Positions 9,420 to 18,399 of a stretch of 64,000 nucleotides of DNA are shown piece by piece. The notes under the pieces were generated by a model. That model made no database searches. It saw only the letters and a program-made list of their open reading frames with translations, and was not told the origin of the DNA. Numbering within the stretch: position 1 is the stretch's first letter; each line of letters opens with the position of its first letter. Where the stretch lies: NCBI GenBank assembly GCA_031375695.1, contig JANMIF010000512.1, positions 1,479 to 65,478 of the forward strand. The letters are read 5' to 3'. The DNA is from Planctomyces sp. (GTDB lineage: Bacteria > Planctomycetota > Planctomycetia > Planctomycetales > Planctomycetaceae). Both the position numbers and the translations under genes were made by a program.

Positions 9420-12400
9420 CTAATTCCGAGTGATCGTCTCGTGAAGGTTCAAAATCGTGCGCGCGATGCTGGTCCAAGCTGCAAGTTCAATCTTGTCCAG
9501 ATCAGTCGGAGCTGGCTTTGCACCGACGGTCAACAGTTCGTTTGCGGCAGCGGCATCAGACTTGTATTCAGCGAGATGCGTTTGCAGCAGACGCTCAAGA
9601 ATGTCCGCTTCGGCTGGCTTGATGGATCGGGACAGCGCGCGGCGATAGGCGAACGCCAACCGTTCGCGAGGTGTTGATCCGCCGTGTCGCACGATCTGTT
9701 CGGCGAACGCTCGCGCGGCTTCGACGTAGCTGGGGTCGTTCAGCAAGACCAGTGATTGCAATGGCGTGTTCGAGCGTGCTCGGTCGGCCGTGCATTCCTC
9801 GCGGTTGGGAGCATCGAATGCGAGCAGACTGGGATGCAGGTATTGCCGTTGCCAATGCGTGTAAACACCGCGCCGATACAGGTTGTCGCCAGTGTCGTTT
9901 TGCCATTCACGCGCAGGGAAATTGAGGTACGCGAAATATCCTGGCGGCTGATACGGCTTGACGCTCGTGCCACCGAGTTTTGTCACCAGCAAACCGCTCA
10001 CTGCCAGCGCGTTGTCACGCACCAGTTCGGCATCAAATCGGAAGCGGCCTTGCCGCGCGAGCCAACGGTTGTACGGATCGACTTCGCGCAGAGCATTGCT
10101 GGCAGCGGACGATTGCTGATACGCGCCGCTCATCACGACCGACTTGATCAGCCGCTTCATGTCCCAGCCAGAATCGCGGAATTGTCCGGCGAGATGATCA
10201 AGCAACAGGGGATGACTCGGCCATTCGCCTTGTGCTCCGAGATCATCCAGCTTGCGCGACAAGCCGGCTCCGAAGAGTAGCTTCCAAATGCGATTCACAA
10301 ACACACGCGCGGTCAGCGGGTTGTCTTTCGACACGATCCACCTGGCGAGGTCGAGGCGTGTGAGGCGTTGTTCGGAGTCTAGGCCGATGCGTCCGACATC
10401 GGTACCGACGCGAGGTGCGTCGGTCAACACTGCCGGAAATGCTGGCGTCACAACATCGCCAGAATCGTCCATCCAATTGCCCCTTTTCAAAACGCGGACC
10501 ATTCGCGGTTGTACGGACGCCGTGATCAGCGTGCTGGGAATGCGTGTTTCAAAATCCTTGCGGCCTTTTTCGGCATCGACCAATTGTTTACGAGTCGCAT
10601 CGAGCGCCGAGGCGATTGATCGGAAATACGTCGCAAGTTCATTGCGATGCGCTTCGTTCCGTTGATCGGTGGCAATCGCCAACAGCACGGCGATGTTTGG
10701 CGGTAATCCCTGATCGGCTCGGATCGGGCGAGGCGATGTTGCGACTGATACTCGGAAGCGGCCGATTGTATGATTGGGGTTGTCGAGGTTTTGCAGCAGT
10801 TCAATCGTCAGCGAACCGCCGTCGGCCACGGTCAAATCCTGAACCGTTTCAAACACGGCGGCATGTGGCTGACCGACCTTTTCCATAACGGCCCAGCCCC
10901 ACGTTTTGCCCTTTTCGTCGCCGTCGATCGCGGCCGCGATTGCCCATTTGCGGTACGGGTTCGCCTCAGCGGCTCCGGTTTGTTCGTAAGTCGCGGTCGC
11001 GTTTTGCAACGGCACCAGTTGAGCTTCTGCGTCGGCTGGCTTGTGCGTCACGACGAATTCGGACAGCACGAAGTTGCCGTTTCCCGCTCGCCCCGGGCCT
11101 TTTGCCGGCAGCGAATCATCCGGCAAGACTTCGAGCCGGAAGGCTGTGATCCCACGCGGCACGTTTTTCACAACGAGCGAATAGGTGTCAGTCGCCGGAT
11201 TCGCGCCGCTGGCCACGATCGAACTGTCGTCCTTCGCGGTCAACGTCACGTTGTTCGCGGACGCAATCGACTCCGGCTTGAGCGTTGTCCACACAACTTG
11301 CGATTTTTCCCATTCAGCCTGCGCGACGAGCAGCTCCGGCGTTGAAGTCGCCAACGTTTTCTTGAGTCCTGCGATCTGCTGATCGAACTTCGAGAGTTCG
11401 GCCTCTTGCTCGACCGTCGAAACTTTGACGAACGGACCCCAATTCCCGTCAGCGTGAGCGCCGGAGTACAGCCCGCGCTCTTGAATGTCCGCGAAGAACG
11501 CCTCGAAGCGGTAAAAGTCGCGTGACGTGAAGGGATCAAACTTGTGGTCGTGGCATTCGGCACATCCAAGCGTCACCCCGAGCCACGTCCCCGTCGCGTT
11601 GCGGACTCGTTCGGCAATGTACTTCGCGAGGTATTCTTTGTCCTGCACGCCTCCCTCGGCCGACATCATGCCCAACCGGTTGTATCCCGACGCGATTTTT
11701 TGTTCACGAGTCGCGTCCGGAAGCAAGTCGCCGGCGAGCTGCTCAATCGTGAATTGATCGAACCGCTTATTCGCATTGAATGACTCAATCACGTACTGGC
11801 GGAACGGCGAGACGCTCATGTCCTGATCGCCGTGATACCCGACCGTGTCGGCATAGCGGACCAAATCGAGCCACCACATCGCTTGCCGTTCGCCGAAGTG
11901 CGGCGACTTCAGCAGCCGATCGACCACCTTTTCGTAAGCTGCCGACGAGTTGTCGCTGACAAACGCGTCGACTTCGTCTGGCGTCGGCGGCAACCCGATC
12001 AGATCGAAACTCAGCCGCCGAATTAATGTGATCCGATCCGCTTCGACCGACGGCTTGAGGTTCTGCGCCACGAGTCCTTCAAGAATGAAGGGATCAATCG
12101 TATTCTCGATTGCGGAATTGGGATTTGAGATTAGTGATTTGAGATTGGGCACTGTCGGTTGCTTGATAGGCAAGAACGCCCAGTGCCCTTCGTGCTTTGC
12201 TCCCTGTTCGATCCACTTCTTGATAATCGCGACATCGCGAACCGACAGCGACTTCGCACTGTCGGGTGGCGGCATTTTTTGTTCAGGATCGGACGAAATG
12301 ATGCGGCGGAACAATTCACTGTCGTTCGGCTTGCCTGGCACAACCGGCCGCCTGTCGCTGTCGCCCACCTTGCTTGCCAATCCCGCTTCCGTGTCGATCC

Positions 12401-12587
12401 GCAGGTCGGCTTGCCGCTTGTTCTTGTCCGGCCCGTGACAGAAGAAACAGTTGTCCGACAGAATCGGCCGAATGTCCCGATTGAATTCTACGATTTCCGG
12501 CAACGTCGCGTCGGCCGCCCGACACTCATGCACTGTGGCGAAAAGCGTGAACACAATTCCCAACAGTCGAAACGATTTGTGATTCAT
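9420..12587 (-). CDS. PSCyt1/PSCyt2(DUF1549)/PSD1(DUF1553) domain protein
   Basis: The internal ATG at 12587 gives the signal peptide MNHKSFRLLGIVFTLFATVHECRA. Contains CFFCHGPDKNKRQADLRID (planctomycete cytochrome c motif), LLKSPHFGERQAMWWLDLVRYADTVGYHGD (DUF1549) and CAECHDHKFDPFTSRDFYRFEAFF (DUF1553). Confidence 0.9.
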   Translation of the reverse strand: MNHKSFRLLGIVFTLFATVHECRAADATLPEIVEFNRDIRPILSDNCFFCHGPDKNKRQADLRIDTEAGLASKVGDSDRRPVVPGKPNDSELFRRIISSDPEQKMPPPDSAKSLSVRDVAIIKKWIEQGAKHEGHWAFLPIKQPTVPNLKSLISNPNSAIENTIDPFILEGLVAQNLKPSVEADRITLIRRLSFDLIGLPPTPDEVDAFVSDNSSAAYEKVVDRLLKSPHFGERQAMWWLDLVRYADTVGYHGDQDMSVSPFRQYVIESFNANKRFDQFTIEQLAGDLLPDATREQKIASGYNRLGMMSAEGGVQDKEYLAKYIAERVRNATGTWLGVTLGCAECHDHKFDPFTSRDFYRFEAFFADIQERGLYSGAHADGNWGPFVKVSTVEQEAELSKFDQQIAGLKKTLATSTPELLVAQAEWEKSQVVWTTLKPESIASANNVTLTAKDDSSIVASGANPATDTYSLVVKNVPRGITAFRLEVLPDDSLPAKGPGRAGNGNFVLSEFVVTHKPADAEAQLVPLQNATATYEQTGAAEANPYRKWAIAAAIDGDEKGKTWGWAVMEKVGQPHAAVFETVQDLTVADGGSLTIELLQNLDNPNHTIGRFRVSVATSPRPIRADQGLPPNIAVLLAIATDQRNEAHRNELATYFRSIASALDATRKQLVDAEKGRKDFETRIPSTLITASVQPRMVRVLKRGNWMDDSGDVVTPAFPAVLTDAPRVGTDVGRIGLDSEQRLTRLDLARWIVSKDNPLTARVFVNRIWKLLFGAGLSRKLDDLGAQGEWPSHPLLLDHLAGQFRDSGWDMKRLIKSVVMSGAYQQSSAASNALREVDPYNRWLARQGRFRFDAELVRDNALAVSGLLVTKLGGTSVKPYQPPGYFAYLNFPAREWQNDTGDNLYRRGVYTHWQRQYLHPSLLAFDAPNREECTADRARSNTPLQSLVLLNDPSYVEAARAFAEQIVRHGGSTPRERLAFAYRRALSRSIKPAEADILERLLQTHLAEYKSDAAAANELLTVGAKPAPTDLDKIELAAWTSIARTILNLHETITRN
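12119..12146. repeat. four tandem TGRGATT-like heptamers embedded in the 9420-12587 CDS
   Basis: tgggatt tgagatt agtgatt tgagatt. On the coding (minus) strand this reads aatctca aatcact aatctca aatccca and encodes NLKSLISNPN. Confidence 0.65.
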
Positions 12588-12611
12588 CGAGTGTTCCTTC
12601 TTCTTGTCTAT

Positions 12612-12696
12612 CATTCGTTGAGTTACTTCATTCGTTGGGGCGGCAACCGCGCTGAACACTCAATCGACTCCAACGAATGAAGTAACTCAACGAATG
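12612..12696. repeat. perfect 27-bp inverted repeat with a 31-nt loop in a divergent intergenic region
   Basis: cattcgttgagttacttcattcgttgg (12612-12638) and its exact reverse complement ccaacgaatgaagtaactcaacgaatg (12670-12696). Confidence 0.9.
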
Positions 12697-12822
12697 GTAG
12701 AATAACAACCCAATCCCTCCGACCAAACGATCCGCCGAAGATCCGGCTCAACTTTGTTCGACCTCAGCGTTATCCTGCCGACTGGTCGTAATGGCTTCGA
12801 GTCTTTTCCGAGGCAATTGATA

Positions 12823-14190
12823 ATGATGGCTCTTCGAATCAGATTACTACTCGCGATGATCGGTTTGCTGTGGTGCGGTATCGCGGCAGCTCAGACGCCG
12901 AAAGCCAAAGGGAAGAAAACCGCAGCCGCCGAGATTCCGGGTCCGAAGGATTTTCGGTCGCCGAACTTTGTGGTTCACACCGATTTGTCGGCGGCCGAAG
13001 CCGATGAGTTGCTCAAACGCCTGGAGACGATGCTGACGCTGATCTCGAAGTACTGGGGTCGGCCGAACAAGAATCCGATTGAATGCTTTGTGGTCAAAGA
13101 TTTGGCGATGTGGCCGCCGAATTCGCTTGATCCCGAAGGTTGGGCAAAGATCGAAGAAGGGGCTGGGGTCACGCGATCGCAAACGCTGACGTCGGGGCAA
13201 ACCGGCCAGTTGGTCGCGGCGAAATCGAAGGTTTACGCGATCGCCGATCGAGGCGTGCCGCAGCATGAGGCGGTTCATGCTTACTGCCATCAGAACTTTG
13301 GCCGAGCCGGGCCGTTGTGGTATGCCGAAGGAATGGCCGAATTGGGGCAATACTGGCGTGAAGGGGAATCGCGAGTGAATTGCCATCCCGGGGTGGTGAA
13401 ATACATCCGCGGTTCCGAACCGAAAAGCCTGAACGCGATCGTCAACAACAACGACAAAACCGGAGACTCTTGGCAGAACTATGCGTGGCGCTGGGCGCTC
13501 TGCCATCTGCTGGCCAACAATCCGAATTATTTCGACCGCTTCCGGCCGCTGGGCCTCGGAATCTTGATGGATAAGCCGGACGCGACCTTCGAGAAAGTTT
13601 ACGGCTCGATGGCGAAAGAGATTTCGTTTGAGTACCTCTTTTTCTTGCAGCACTTCGACCTTGGTTACGAAGTCACGCTGACCGCCTGGGACTGGAAAAC
13701 CAAATTCCGTCGCGCGACGAATTCCGCCGCCGTGACCTGCACAATAGAAGCCAATCGCGGCTGGCAGGCTTCGCGGCTGCAAGTCAAATCGGGCGACGTG
13801 CTGGAAGTTTTGCTAGACGGAAGCTGGAGCGTGTCAGCCGCCGGAACCGAACTGAATCCGTTCGGCGACGAGGTTCCCGATTCCAAACCCGCATTCGAAA
13901 AGGCCGCTGCGAAATCGAAGAAGACCGCGCCGAAGAAGACCTCAAAGGCGGAACTTCTCGAAGAACTGCCCGCCGTCGTTCCCTATGAATCGTCGTTTAA
14001 ACCTGGCCAATTGATCGGGGTTCTCCTCAACGACTACGAACTGAGCGAGCCGTTCGCGATCCCCGCTGATGGTCTATTCAAAGCGCCGGGCGACGGCCAA
14101 TTGTTCTTGCGCTGCGAAGACGCTTGGTGCCAACTCGCCGACAACAAAGGCAAAGTGAACGTGAAATTCAAATTGACTGAAAAACCGTAG
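12823..14190 (+). CDS. secreted protein with HExxH peptidase-MA-like core (possibly DUF1570-type) and C-terminal beta-sandwich-like region
   Basis: The ATG at 12823 gives the signal peptide MMALRIRLLLAMIGLLWCGIAAAQ. Contains VPQHEAVHAYCHQNFG....LWYAEGMAELG. The family call is tentative. Confidence 0.6.
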   Translation: MMALRIRLLLAMIGLLWCGIAAAQTPKAKGKKTAAAEIPGPKDFRSPNFVVHTDLSAAEADELLKRLETMLTLISKYWGRPNKNPIECFVVKDLAMWPPNSLDPEGWAKIEEGAGVTRSQTLTSGQTGQLVAAKSKVYAIADRGVPQHEAVHAYCHQNFGRAGPLWYAEGMAELGQYWREGESRVNCHPGVVKYIRGSEPKSLNAIVNNNDKTGDSWQNYAWRWALCHLLANNPNYFDRFRPLGLGILMDKPDATFEKVYGSMAKEISFEYLFFLQHFDLGYEVTLTAWDWKTKFRRATNSAAVTCTIEANRGWQASRLQVKSGDVLEVLLDGSWSVSAAGTELNPFGDEVPDSKPAFEKAAAKSKKTAPKKTSKAELLEELPAVVPYESSFKPGQLIGVLLNDYELSEPFAIPADGLFKAPGDGQLFLRCEDAWCQLADNKGKVNVKFKLTEKP

Positions 14191-14292
14191 CGCGGGCTGC
14201 TCGCCGGTGCCGAATTTCTTTGCTTCCAGATGACGACCACCGATTTCGACGTGCGTATCCGGTCTCGTCAACCAGCGACTCGTTAAATCTGC

Positions 14293-15204
14293 TCAGAATC
14301 TGTTGAGCCGAAATCCACCAAGTTGCCGTTTCGCATTGACGTTCGGCGGCTCCACGAGTTTGACCTTATTCGATTCTTTCTCGTCAGGCTCACCTGGCTC
14401 AGTCGGTTCAAGTGGCAATGCTTGAACCGCAGCCAACTCCGCTTGCAACCGTTTCAACTGTGACTCATCCAGAAAGTTTGCGAAGCGATCCTCTGGCAGC
14501 TTGACCAGTTGCGACAGCAAATACGCCAGTGCCGACGGATATTGCTGGCTAGGCTCAGAGACTTCCTCTGCGACCAGCTTTCGCAACGATTCGGCTTGAT
14601 CGTGGCTCAGTTTCAAGACTCCCGCAAGATAAAACGTCGTGCTGTCTCGCGACGTGCGCCATTGTTTGCTGACAAATGTCGCATGCTGAGCCGGTAGTAA
14701 AGTTCTTCGCAGAACTTTCGCAAACAACGACTCCTTCCCGTGCAAGCCGTCGCGAACGTGAAGGCTCAGTTCATTCTGTCGGATGGCGATCTCTTGAAAG
14801 ATTTGTTGATTGATGATGTTGTCGACGTTCTTATCCAGCAACTCACGCCGCAACTCCGCGATCGCATCGAGATGCCGCTTCATGTCACCTCGCCCCGCCA
14901 ACCGCAGCGCCGCTCGCTGCTGATCCGAAAGTTCCACTTGCCGTTCGAGGTATTCGATCTCCATTTGCAGATTCAATTCCAACCGATGCCGCAGCCTCTC
15001 GTCCGCTTGAAGCAGCCGCTGCTCCACGTTGACTCGCCTCAACACCGGCTGCCCGTCCTCGTCAAAGTCTTCGACTTCCAACGACACATCCACGGCCTGA
15101 GCTGACGCAGCACAGACCATCACAGCTACGCCAATCAACCAGTTCCACAAATGCGTCCGCAACACCCGATTTCCTTGTCTTTGACTGCTGCTCCTCGCGT
15201 TCAT
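14293..15204 (-). CDS. secreted helical paralog P1 of the 14.3-19.3 kb family (most divergent member)
   Basis: 303 aa with a signal-like N-terminus. Contains VELSDQQRAALRLAGRGDMKRHL and KLSHDQAESLRKLVAEEVSEP. Its ATG overlaps the stop of the upstream gene (ATGA at 15201-15204). Confidence 0.85.
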   Translation of the reverse strand: MNARSSSQRQGNRVLRTHLWNWLIGVAVMVCAASAQAVDVSLEVEDFDEDGQPVLRRVNVEQRLLQADERLRHRLELNLQMEIEYLERQVELSDQQRAALRLAGRGDMKRHLDAIAELRRELLDKNVDNIINQQIFQEIAIRQNELSLHVRDGLHGKESLFAKVLRRTLLPAQHATFVSKQWRTSRDSTTFYLAGVLKLSHDQAESLRKLVAEEVSEPSQQYPSALAYLLSQLVKLPEDRFANFLDESQLKRLQAELAAVQALPLEPTEPGEPDEKESNKVKLVEPPNVNAKRQLGGFRLNRF

Positions 15205-16055
15205 TCCTCGTCCTCCTGACGAATGCTTGAATCATCCGGCAACATGCCATAGGTCTTGAGTGTCGATTCGTATCGACCGGCGTTTTGCAATTGCAGCGAA
15301 AGGTTCTGCCACTGTTCTTCGTTGAATAGCGGCTTGATCTTTTCTTCTGGCAACTTCGCGAGATGATACAGCACATAGCCGTGGCAGTACGGGCTGATGG
15401 CTTTCGGTGGCGGGACTTGTTCTTTGATCAGCTTGCGAAACTCCACGTCTTGGTCTTTGCGAAATGTCACAACGCGGTTGATAGTGGCAATGACGGTGTC
15501 CAACTGAGTTTCAAACAGCTCGGTTCGCTGCCGAAGTAAGTGCTTGGCCAACCTCTGCCGCTGTTCGGCGTCAAGCACATTCTGCACAGTCTTGCGAAGC
15601 AACGACGTCTCGCCAAACAGCCCTTTTCGATACGCAACTTGCATTGGCCGAATGGTCTGACTGAGTTCAATGTACGTCGCCTGATCGACGAACCCATTCT
15701 TCGATCTGTCGTTGGCTTGGCGAATCAGCGCGTCGAATTCCTCGAAGAATCTCTTGATGTCGCCCCGCCCAATGAGATCGAACTTCCGTTTCTGATCGGT
15801 CGTCAACTGGCAGGCTGCATTCCAGCGGGCGATCTCGTCTTTTAGCTGCAATTCAAAACGAAATCGCACCGTGCCCTCCGATGTTTGGCTGCCGACAATC
15901 CATTGCTCCAGCGTTTGCTGATTGACCAAAAATCGCGTCACTTCGATTTCTGCTTCCACGAACTCCGCATCGACAACGTCTGCGCTGGCGAAGTTCGCCG
16001 ATACGAAACCAGCCAGCATCGAAGACACGACACAGTGCCGCCAGATCGCAGTCAT
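15201..16055 (-). CDS. secreted helical paralog P2
   Basis: 284 aa. Contains EQWIVGS, CQLTTDQKRKFDLIGRGDIKRFF, GLFGETSLLRKTV and TFRKDQDVEFRKLIKEQVPPP. ATGA overlap with the upstream gene at 16052-16055. Confidence 0.85.
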   Translation of the reverse strand: MTAIWRHCVVSSMLAGFVSANFASADVVDAEFVEAEIEVTRFLVNQQTLEQWIVGSQTSEGTVRFRFELQLKDEIARWNAACQLTTDQKRKFDLIGRGDIKRFFEEFDALIRQANDRSKNGFVDQATYIELSQTIRPMQVAYRKGLFGETSLLRKTVQNVLDAEQRQRLAKHLLRQRTELFETQLDTVIATINRVVTFRKDQDVEFRKLIKEQVPPPKAISPYCHGYVLYHLAKLPEEKIKPLFNEEQWQNLSLQLQNAGRYESTLKTYGMLPDDSSIRQEDEE

Positions 16056-17227
16056 TCGGATTTCTCCTGACTCTCGTCACCGGCATCCGGCAGCAGCCCA
16101 TATTGTCGCAAATACTCTTCGTATCGAGCTGCGTTCCCTTTGATTTGGCCGAACTTGGTGATTTGGGTTTCGTCCAGCACGTTGCTCAGTTTTTCGTTCG
16201 GCATCCGCGACAGGTGATAGTAAACCCACATCGTTAGGTACTGATTGACTCGCACCGGCGGAGGGACTTCCGATCGAATCAACTTCTTCAAGCCCTCCTT
16301 TTGCTCATCTCGCAGCATGAGGAATTGCTTCAAGCTCGCCAGGCTGGCCTCTAATTGCGTTTCAAATTGCTGCCCGCGTTCCCGGATTTGCTCCGCGGCA
16401 TACTCGGCCGCGAACTTCGGCGGGATCGATTTCGGAACGGTTTTGCTCAACAGCGATTGATCGTCGAACAAGCCGCCCCCGGCGGCCATTCGCTGCCGCA
16501 AAGCCATCGCCGTTTGCTGAAGCCGAACGTACTCTTCTTGTTCAAGAAGTTGCAGCGACACGTCCGGCCCCAATTGATCATGTAACGCTTCCGCCAAACT
16601 AACGAAACGCTTGATGTCGCCACGACCGGCCAATTGCAGCTTGCGTCGTTGCGCCGCATCGAGCTGATACTTGGTTTGCAGCGCATCCAACTTCAAAGTC
16701 AACTGCGCCTCCCATTCCCGCTGAACTGCCTCCAGCGCTTTGTTCGATCCGAAAATCAACTGATCCAGATGCTGATGCGTGATCGAGAATCGCCGCACTT
16801 CAATGAGAACCTCATTGCCGTCGTCATCGACCTGCACCACCGGTGCGGCTTGTTGAATCATGACACCCGCCCGAGCGACTCCTGCCCGAACGACTACGGC
16901 TGCCGGCGCTGGTGCGGCCGCCGGTCGCTCGTTCGCCGGAACGAGCTTTTTCAATGCGGCCACGATTTGCACGCGATCTTTCACATTCCGTTCGCCCAGG
17001 GCGGCTTCGAGCTTCTTGGCGAAAGCGGTTCGCTCCCGTTTGTCCTCCGCCGGATGGCAGTACGCGCACGTCACCGCCTGGACCGCCGATGGAAACGCCT
17101 CTTCAAAAGCCACTTTGTATTGAGGCCGTGCGAAACTCGTCGCGGCGGGCAACAACAACATCAACACGATCGAACCACCGACCGCGCGAATGCCCCGACC
17201 CCTCATCGTTTCCATCAATATCCTCAT
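16052..17227 (-). CDS. secreted paralog P3 with N-terminal CxxCH (c-type heme-binding-like) module
   Basis: 391 aa. Contains RPQYKVAFEEAFPSAVQAVTCAYCH (CAYCH at 17054-17068), an Ala/Pro linker, then LDQLIFGSNK, YQLDAAQRRKLQLAGRGDIKRFV and GLFDDQSLLSKTV. ATGA overlap at 17224-17227. Confidence 0.85.
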   Translation of the reverse strand: MRILMETMRGRGIRAVGGSIVLMLLLPAATSFARPQYKVAFEEAFPSAVQAVTCAYCHPAEDKRERTAFAKKLEAALGERNVKDRVQIVAALKKLVPANERPAAAPAPAAVVVRAGVARAGVMIQQAAPVVQVDDDGNEVLIEVRRFSITHQHLDQLIFGSNKALEAVQREWEAQLTLKLDALQTKYQLDAAQRRKLQLAGRGDIKRFVSLAEALHDQLGPDVSLQLLEQEEYVRLQQTAMALRQRMAAGGGLFDDQSLLSKTVPKSIPPKFAAEYAAEQIRERGQQFETQLEASLASLKQFLMLRDEQKEGLKKLIRSEVPPPVRVNQYLTMWVYYHLSRMPNEKLSNVLDETQITKFGQIKGNAARYEEYLRQYGLLPDAGDESQEKSE

Positions 17228-18396
17228 GGCGAAGCTTCCTGACCGTCCTCGTCCACTTCGCCAGGCCAGAGGCCGGAGTTGCGGAGGTGCTGCTCGTATG
17301 CTGCCGCGTTCGCTCTGATCTGGCCGAGTTTCCCGAGTTGGGTTTCGTCGAGCACTTGCTTCAGCCTGTCGTCTGGCATTCGCGAAAGCTGGTACATCAC
17401 ATAGACGTAAGCTTGCTGATTCAATTGCCGCAACGGCGCGATGTCGGATCGAATCAATGCTTTCAACTTGTCCTTTTGGTCTTCTCGCAGCGTCAGGAAT
17501 TGAGTCAGGTTTTGAACGCTCTGAGTCACATAGGTTTCGTACTGCTGATCGCGCTGGAGTTTCTGATCGGCTAGGTACTTCTCGGCGAACTTCGGGCTGA
17601 TCGCTTTTGGAATCGTCTTGTTCAACAGCGATTGCTCGCCGAACAAGCCAATGGTCACACCGTCGCTCAACCTGTTGGCCATCAAAAAGCGATTTCGCAA
17701 ACCGATCGCTCGTTGCTGGATCTGGACGTACTCTTGTTGGTCGAGCGTGATCAATGTCGAGGCGGCGGCTTCCCCTAATTCCGCGTGCAGTGCATCCGCC
17801 TCACCGAGAAATCGCTTGATGTCCCCACGACCGGCCAACTGCAACTTGCGTCGCTGAGTCGCGTCGAGTTCATACTGCTTGGTCACTGTTTCGACGGCCA
17901 TTTTCAATTGCGATTCAAATTCCGTGCGAGCCTGCTCGACGGTTTTATTCGATCCGAAAATCCATTGATCCAGATTTTGATGCGTGATCGAAAATCGCTG
18001 CACTTGGACGTTGATCGCGTTGCCATCGTCATCGAGTTCGACCGCTTGTTCGACGACGAAAGCCGGGGCAAGTCTGCGCATAACAACTGCAGCGCGCGCC
18101 TGAACCACCGGCGCCGCCACTGGTCGGGCTTTGGGAGGACCGATCTTCTTCAAGGCCGCAACGACTTGCGCCTGATCTCGCACCATCTTCGCTCCCAAGG
18201 CGACTTCGAGTTGTTTGGCGTACTCATTGCGTTGCCGCTGGTCGTCTCCTTCGTGACAGGCGGCACACGTCACCTCGCCAAAATCCTGAAAGGCTTGTTC
18301 AAAGCCCAGTTTGTAATTCGGCCGTGCGACGACCGTATCAGCTTGCATCACCACCCACAGCACAATCAGACTGACGAGCAAGGCGCATCGCGGCAT
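17224..18396 (-). CDS. secreted paralog P4 with N-terminal CxxCH module
   Basis: 390 aa. Contains RPNYKLGFEQAFQDFGEVTCAACH (CAACH at 18253-18267), an Ala/Pro linker, then LDQWIFGSNK, YELDATQRRKLQLAGRGDIKRFL and GLFGEQSLLNKTI. Confidence 0.85.
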   Translation of the reverse strand: MPRCALLVSLIVLWVVMQADTVVARPNYKLGFEQAFQDFGEVTCAACHEGDDQRQRNEYAKQLEVALGAKMVRDQAQVVAALKKIGPPKARPVAAPVVQARAAVVMRRLAPAFVVEQAVELDDDGNAINVQVQRFSITHQNLDQWIFGSNKTVEQARTEFESQLKMAVETVTKQYELDATQRRKLQLAGRGDIKRFLGEADALHAELGEAAASTLITLDQQEYVQIQQRAIGLRNRFLMANRLSDGVTIGLFGEQSLLNKTIPKAISPKFAEKYLADQKLQRDQQYETYVTQSVQNLTQFLTLREDQKDKLKALIRSDIAPLRQLNQQAYVYVMYQLSRMPDDRLKQVLDETQLGKLGQIRANAAAYEQHLRNSGLWPGEVDEDGQEASP

Positions 18397-18399
18397 GAT

